Source of the DNA: a virus
Virus record (IMG/VR): IMGVR_UViG_3300045988_177034
DNA: 64,000 nt
Reading direction: 5' to 3' (one strand)
Position numbers and translations under genes: made by a program. Below the pieces are notes generated by a model. That model was not told the origin of the DNA. It did no database searches and saw nothing but the letters and a program-made list of their open reading frames with translations. Numbering within the stretch: the first letter of the stretch is position 1; each line of letters starts with the position of its first letter. This document shows, piece by piece, positions 56,301-62,300 of this stretch.

Positions 56301-59300
56301 GCATCGCCCAGTTCCTTCTGCCAGCCAGTGACTTCCAGCAGCATCGGACGAGGTTTGATAGTCAGAACACCGGGTGTGTAGTTCGCAATCGTATAGTTAT
56401 AACCGCCATCTGCGTTTTCACGAGGTACGAGAATCGTATGCTCTTCGCAGTAACTCTTATCGCCATACAGGTAGTTGGAGCCAACATCGGTGTACTTATT
56501 GTAAGTCAGGTTGATGTAATCGCTCAGAGTATTCTTTGCGGTTTCAAGAACCTTTGCGGTTGCGCCATCGTTATTCTTCAAAGCAACATCAGCAGTATCG
56601 CCGTGCTTCAAGCCAACAACGGTCAGCGTGTAGTCGTTTTTGTTATCTTCGCCGTAGTAACGCTCCTGATTACTAAATACGATTGTCAGCGGGACAGGCG
56701 TAATGGTCATCTTGGCGTCGTTCGTTTCGACGATATAGTTGCTTGCTGTGCTCTTTTCGTAAGAGATACGGATGGTATAGCCTTCGTCACGGACATTCTC
56801 GCCGCTGTCACGAACTGCCTTGATGCCGAGCATTTCGCTGGTAGGCTTAATGATTTCGCCATCGACAGTCCACTTCAATGCGGGTTCCGTGCCGCCGTAT
56901 GCCTTCGTTGCATCGAGAGCCGCAATGCGAATCAGACGAGGATGTACTTTCAGAACATTGGACTCGTAAACGAGTTCGTAGTTGGAAACTACCTGTCCTT
57001 CACTGTTCGTGACGGTCTTGATGCCAAGAGTATTGCCGTAACCGGTGTTTTCGTTCACGGATACAGGATATCCGTTTACGGGAACATGGGTATGCGGATG
57101 GTCATCGTCATGATAATGCTCATGACCCTTGTGCATTTCGTTGTATTTCTCCAAGCAGTAAGCGCATTCTTCTTCAGGAACATCCGTCTGATAGATTACA
57201 TCACTGCTCTGTGTAGCGGTTGTCAGATAAGGCAGATTAGAAGTGCCGTTCTTGAATGCCAGAGCGGTGCGGGAAGCGCCGTTTACGACTTCAACCACAT
57301 TACCGATGGTATCATTACCAATCAGATGCATGTTGTTGTAATCAACGGTAGCGTCATCGCCCAGAACGGTCCAGTTGTTTTCGTCCGAAACATCCAGTTC
57401 ATTGCCTTGGTCATCTGTGCCAAGAACCTTGAATGTGGAGTTGAAGAACGGGTTCGTTGTACCGTAAATCTTCTGGCTTTCGTCAACGGAAATCATAATC
57501 TTGCGGGGCTTGACCTCGATAGAACCGGGGTCTTCCGTGACAACATAGTTCTTCAACACATCATAGTTGAATTCGTTCAGACCAATGTAAGATACGGGGT
57601 AAGAACCAGCATCTGTTGTCTCACTCGGTACTACATTGTAAACGAACTTGCTCTGATAGTTGTTTGTTTTCTTCGCTTTCAGGTCGAGTTTTTCATCGTC
57701 CTGTGCAGCAGTCTTATGGTCTTCGACCAGACCTTCCATGGTCAACCAGCTGTCAGAACCCTTATTCCAGTAGTAGACATCGTCTGCATACGGAAGCTTG
57801 ATGTTCTTGAAACCGTGTCCATAAGTGGTGCTTACGCTCTTGACCTGCGCACGCAGCGTCGTACGGTAAATACCACCGCTGAAAGTCTTGTCTGCGATAT
57901 AGTAGTCGTTGTAGTTGTTGTTCACAAGGTACATTTCGTTGTTCTGCTCAATGTCACGTACCAGTGCGTTCGTATCATCGATATCCTGTACAGTGTACTC
58001 AAATTCGATGTTTACGGTACCGCCGACCGGAATCGTGTCAATGTAGAACTCTGTGCCCTGCTGGTTCATACGAATGCCATTGGTGGATTTCAGAGTGATG
58101 GGGCCATTGCCTGCAAATCTGCTCTTGAGACGCAGGTTCTGGATAGCAACAGGAGCAACATAGTTATTCTGCGCGGCCAGACCATATCCGGTATCCTTGT
58201 TCGTAACTGCAATCGTAACAGTCATCTTCTGACCAACCTGCGGGGTGGTCGTGCTGTAGCTGTACTTTACAGAATACGGCAGATGGCGAATCGTATTCGT
58301 CGAAAGACCATTGTAACGGTCTTCCTTGATGACACCATTGTCGCCGTTTGCATCATACCCGGTCAGCTGTTCGCCAGCATTGCTGTCAGCATAAGAACCA
58401 ACATAGGTCTGAGCATTCAGTTCAACGGAATCGTAGTTGGTGATATTATCAATATAGATATTTCCCTGTCCTTCTTCACCGATATTGGCGTTGTAGTAGG
58501 AATCATATACCTTGATGTTGTTCGGATTCACTACCGTGTTCTGGTAGTTATCCTGTTCGGTCTTGGTATAGCGGGTAATATCGATGTTTTCCTGTTTACC
58601 AGCAAGAATCATTTCATATGCCTGCTCGATAGTCACATTCTGATTATCGTAGACAGTCGTGTCGGTCAGATACTTGCCGTTTCCGATATCATTGGAGTTA
58701 CCATCGTAGTTCCACTTGTATTTGTTCACATCATGATACTGACTGTGAACATACAGAGGACGAGGATTGATGGTACCAGTGAAATCTTCACTTGCAATAT
58801 AATAGTTGTCGAACGGGTTGTTAATCAGTTCAAGAATCGTAACGGTCTTAATACTGTGCAGACCCGTATGGATGGACTCTCTGAAACTCGTCTTTGCGAA
58901 GTCCTCAGGAGCATAGTTTTCGCAATAATAGCCGTAAGCCAGTGTGCTGTTCAGCGCGACAGTATCGCCGTGAACAATACCGGAATCAGCAGTTGCTGCT
59001 TTGATTTTAATATCAGATACCTTTGCGGTGCTGATATTGTCGTAAATCTTATTGTTGTCATAGCTGTAAAGATGCAGCGGGCGCGGATAAATATCGAAGT
59101 ATACGACATTACCGTTGCCGGATACATATTCATCAGGTGTAGTGCTTTCGCCACGGACTACATAAGTTTTGCCGGGCTTCGTGTTCTCCCAGCAGAAAGT
59201 AACTTCGTACTTGCCCGTGTAGGTTGCCGTAGCAGTGTAGGAACCGGTACGAACGAGAGGCTTCTTCTTGCTATCGGTAGTAGCGTTTGTAGGATATGTG

Positions 59301-62300
59301 ATGTTGGGAGATTCGTTGTTCGAATAGGTGATGTTTACGCCGCGCAGGATTTCCTGCTCATCGATACCTGCATCGGTATCGCCGTCCCATACAACGTGTG
59401 CGGTAACAGTCAACTGGTTGCCGTCGTACATCTTATTAGCAACAGTCAGCATGACCTTGGCACGAGTAGGAGTGCATTCGTTTGCATCCTCGAAGCCAAT
59501 ATCCATTGCGTTCTTGCCAACGCGACGATACAGACGCTTATTCAGGTCAACAACCTTGATTTTTGCACGACCAGCCTGGCCAATACCGGAACCGGCACCG
59601 TCATTCAGCTGGTTTGCACCAGTGACGTTTGCTTTAATGATGATGTTGCCGTTGTCAAGGTTTGTACCAACAGAAGCGGCATAAGAAGAACCACGCAATG
59701 CACCATCGGTAGAAGCAGACTGCCAACCAGAACCGCCGCCGTTTTCGTGCAGTGTGTTGTTGTAGCCTTCCTCGTCTTCTCGCTGCATTTTGATATCACT
59801 GCTGTGGGTGCCACTGTAAGTCCAGCCACAGATATCGCCATGATGGTATTCGTAGCCGTCGCTGAAGACCTTGTCTTCCTTTAATGCACAGTGATAACGC
59901 TGACCACTGTTGTTTGAACCGGAACCACCGACACCGCGCGTGGTGTATCCGTTGCCGGAAATTATCGCAGCACCGGAACCACCGCCAGCAACGCCGAACA
60001 TCGGCGAGCCGTCACCGTAGTTTTTCAGCTGTCCATCGCCGATAAGACCAAAAGCAACCGTGGTAGCGCCACCACCACCGCCAAAGCCTATGGGAGAATT
60101 GCTGTGGTAGCTGTGGTCAGGGTCGCCTCCCCCTTTATAGCAGTCATAGAACACTGCGCCGACACCACCGGAACCACCGCCGTTATAGCCACCGGAACCA
60201 CCGGAACCACTGCCGGTAGAACCGCCACCGGAACCACCACCGGAACCGCCACCGCCTGCACCGCCAGCGACAAAGTAGAGGGTCGTGCCTTCCTTAATGT
60301 CTGCTGTGATAATGGTGTGGCTGCCGGAGTTGCCGCTGATACCATCTGTCATACTTGCATTGCCGCCGCCAGCACCCCACAGGTCAATCTGATAGGTTGC
60401 ATCGAACGGAGCGGTCCAAGAAGAAGTGGGATTGTTTCCGTCATTGGCTTTGAACGACTTGTCGGCCGCACGAACATTCTTTTCATCGATGTAGAAGAAA
60501 ACCTGTTCGTTGGTGCCGTCAAACTCTTCCATGTCGTAGCAATGATACTGGATAGCATTGCGCCAGAACCATTGCCAGATTTCCTTCGGGTAAGAATAAT
60601 CGGACCATAATGCATAGCCGTGGTCCAGATAAGGCGCATAGTCCTCGTTGTTCTTGTCCAGATATCCGCGTTCATCGAGGGAAATGCCAAGTTCAGCCAT
60701 CGTCTTGCCCTGAACATCAATCTGAGAAGGATTGCCGTTCATGTCATAACGAGTAACGGTTGTCATTTGTCCACGATACTGAGTACCGAGATTGACGCTC
60801 AGATGGTCACTCTGGTTAAACACAGTACGAGAAGTGTCTCTGTGCTTGCCATACGGGAACTCATTCACAATCTGATAGCGGGACATAATGTACCGAAGTC
60901 CATTAGGCGCTTCAATTGTCAGTTCGGGATACATGAAAATAGAGTGCTTATCAACGCCGCAACTAACAAGATTGCGCTCGTTTGCATGGATACTGATATT
61001 GTAATCCAGCCACAACTCTGCACCAGTGTCTGTGTTATCTTCATCGATACCGCCGTTCACATAGTCAAAGTTATGAGCAAGGGTATTTGTGATTGTCTGA
61101 CTCTTCAGTTTCGTGCTGTTGTAGCCGCGAATGTATTCCAGATACGGCTTGCACTGGAAATAGAAGTGCTCAGTACCGAAGTCCATCGGGTTCGTTGCGG
61201 ATTCAATGTGCAGGCTTGTGGTAATGCTCCACTTAGCATATGCACTATTGATGTCAAACGGCTGACCATTCAACATCGTATCCTCAACAGGTTTGATATC
61301 ATCAATGGTGATGTAGGCGGTGAACTTGCCGAACGGAGAACCAGAGTGTTCAGTTTCGATTGCGTCCACGACCTGCTTCATCACAGAACTGTCATCTGTA
61401 TTGATGTCGTATCTGGTTTTGACGATATTTGCCCAGTCTTTGTAGTTTTCGGTAGTCAAACCGTTACCGTTGTTAGCGTACCCGTTGATATTGATGGGAG
61501 CAATGACGGGCTTGTACTCTGTGGATGTAGAATTCAAGTCGTCTTGGAAACCCCACTGCAATACAGGGATAAGGATACGGTTTCCGGATTCTGTCAATTT
61601 GCTGGGAGAGAATGTGATAGTCGTTGTATAAACGGCCACGTTCTTATCAGAAATCAACGGGTTATTGGAATCGCCTCTGCTGGCATTCCAGTTATCCACT
61701 TGGTCTTGCGTTGTCTCAACAGACCAGTAATTCTGACCAAAATCGCCAGTCGCATCGCCCTCGCTGTTATGCTCCTGCATCATCAATGCACGAGCTTCCA
61801 GCATGGTTGCGGAAACGAAAGGTGCATCGACCTGCAACAGGCCATAACGGGAAGTGTCGAATCCTGCGTTGTCAGCATCACCGATTGCGCTGTAGGAGTT
61901 CTCGACCTTGGTTCTCTTTTCGTTAAAGCGATAGCTTGCAACGATACGGAAATAATATCCGGACCAGTTGTAATCTGCCGCGTGCAGGGTAAGGGTGATA
62001 GTAGTGTGTTTCTGAGCACACTGCTGGTCAGTGAAACCATCAGGACGCCAGAAATCAGCAGGCAACCATTTGTTGTCATGAATCATACTTGCGGTCTCTT
62101 TCCCCTTTGCGAGGGTATCGACCGTATGTGCTTCAATGTCAACCTTGTTTACCTGACTATTATCTACGGTATTCAGTGTATAAGTACCGCCGAATGTAAC
62201 GGATGTGGCAAGAGTCTGCCAATCGTCATCATAGGGGTCTTTGTACTGAACATCGTAGCTGTAGCCCTTATCATCAAGGCCCTTCCAGTAATCTGTTTCA

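Noticed and set aside
47420-59884. 4154-aa plus-strand ORF, plus 44195-47269 (1024 aa) and 60620-63928 (1102 aa), antisense to giant adhesin 2
   Set aside because: The same antisense-shadow artefact. The coding strand is minus: it carries DUF11/MBG repeats and a C-terminal anchor, and a strong terminator follows its stop.
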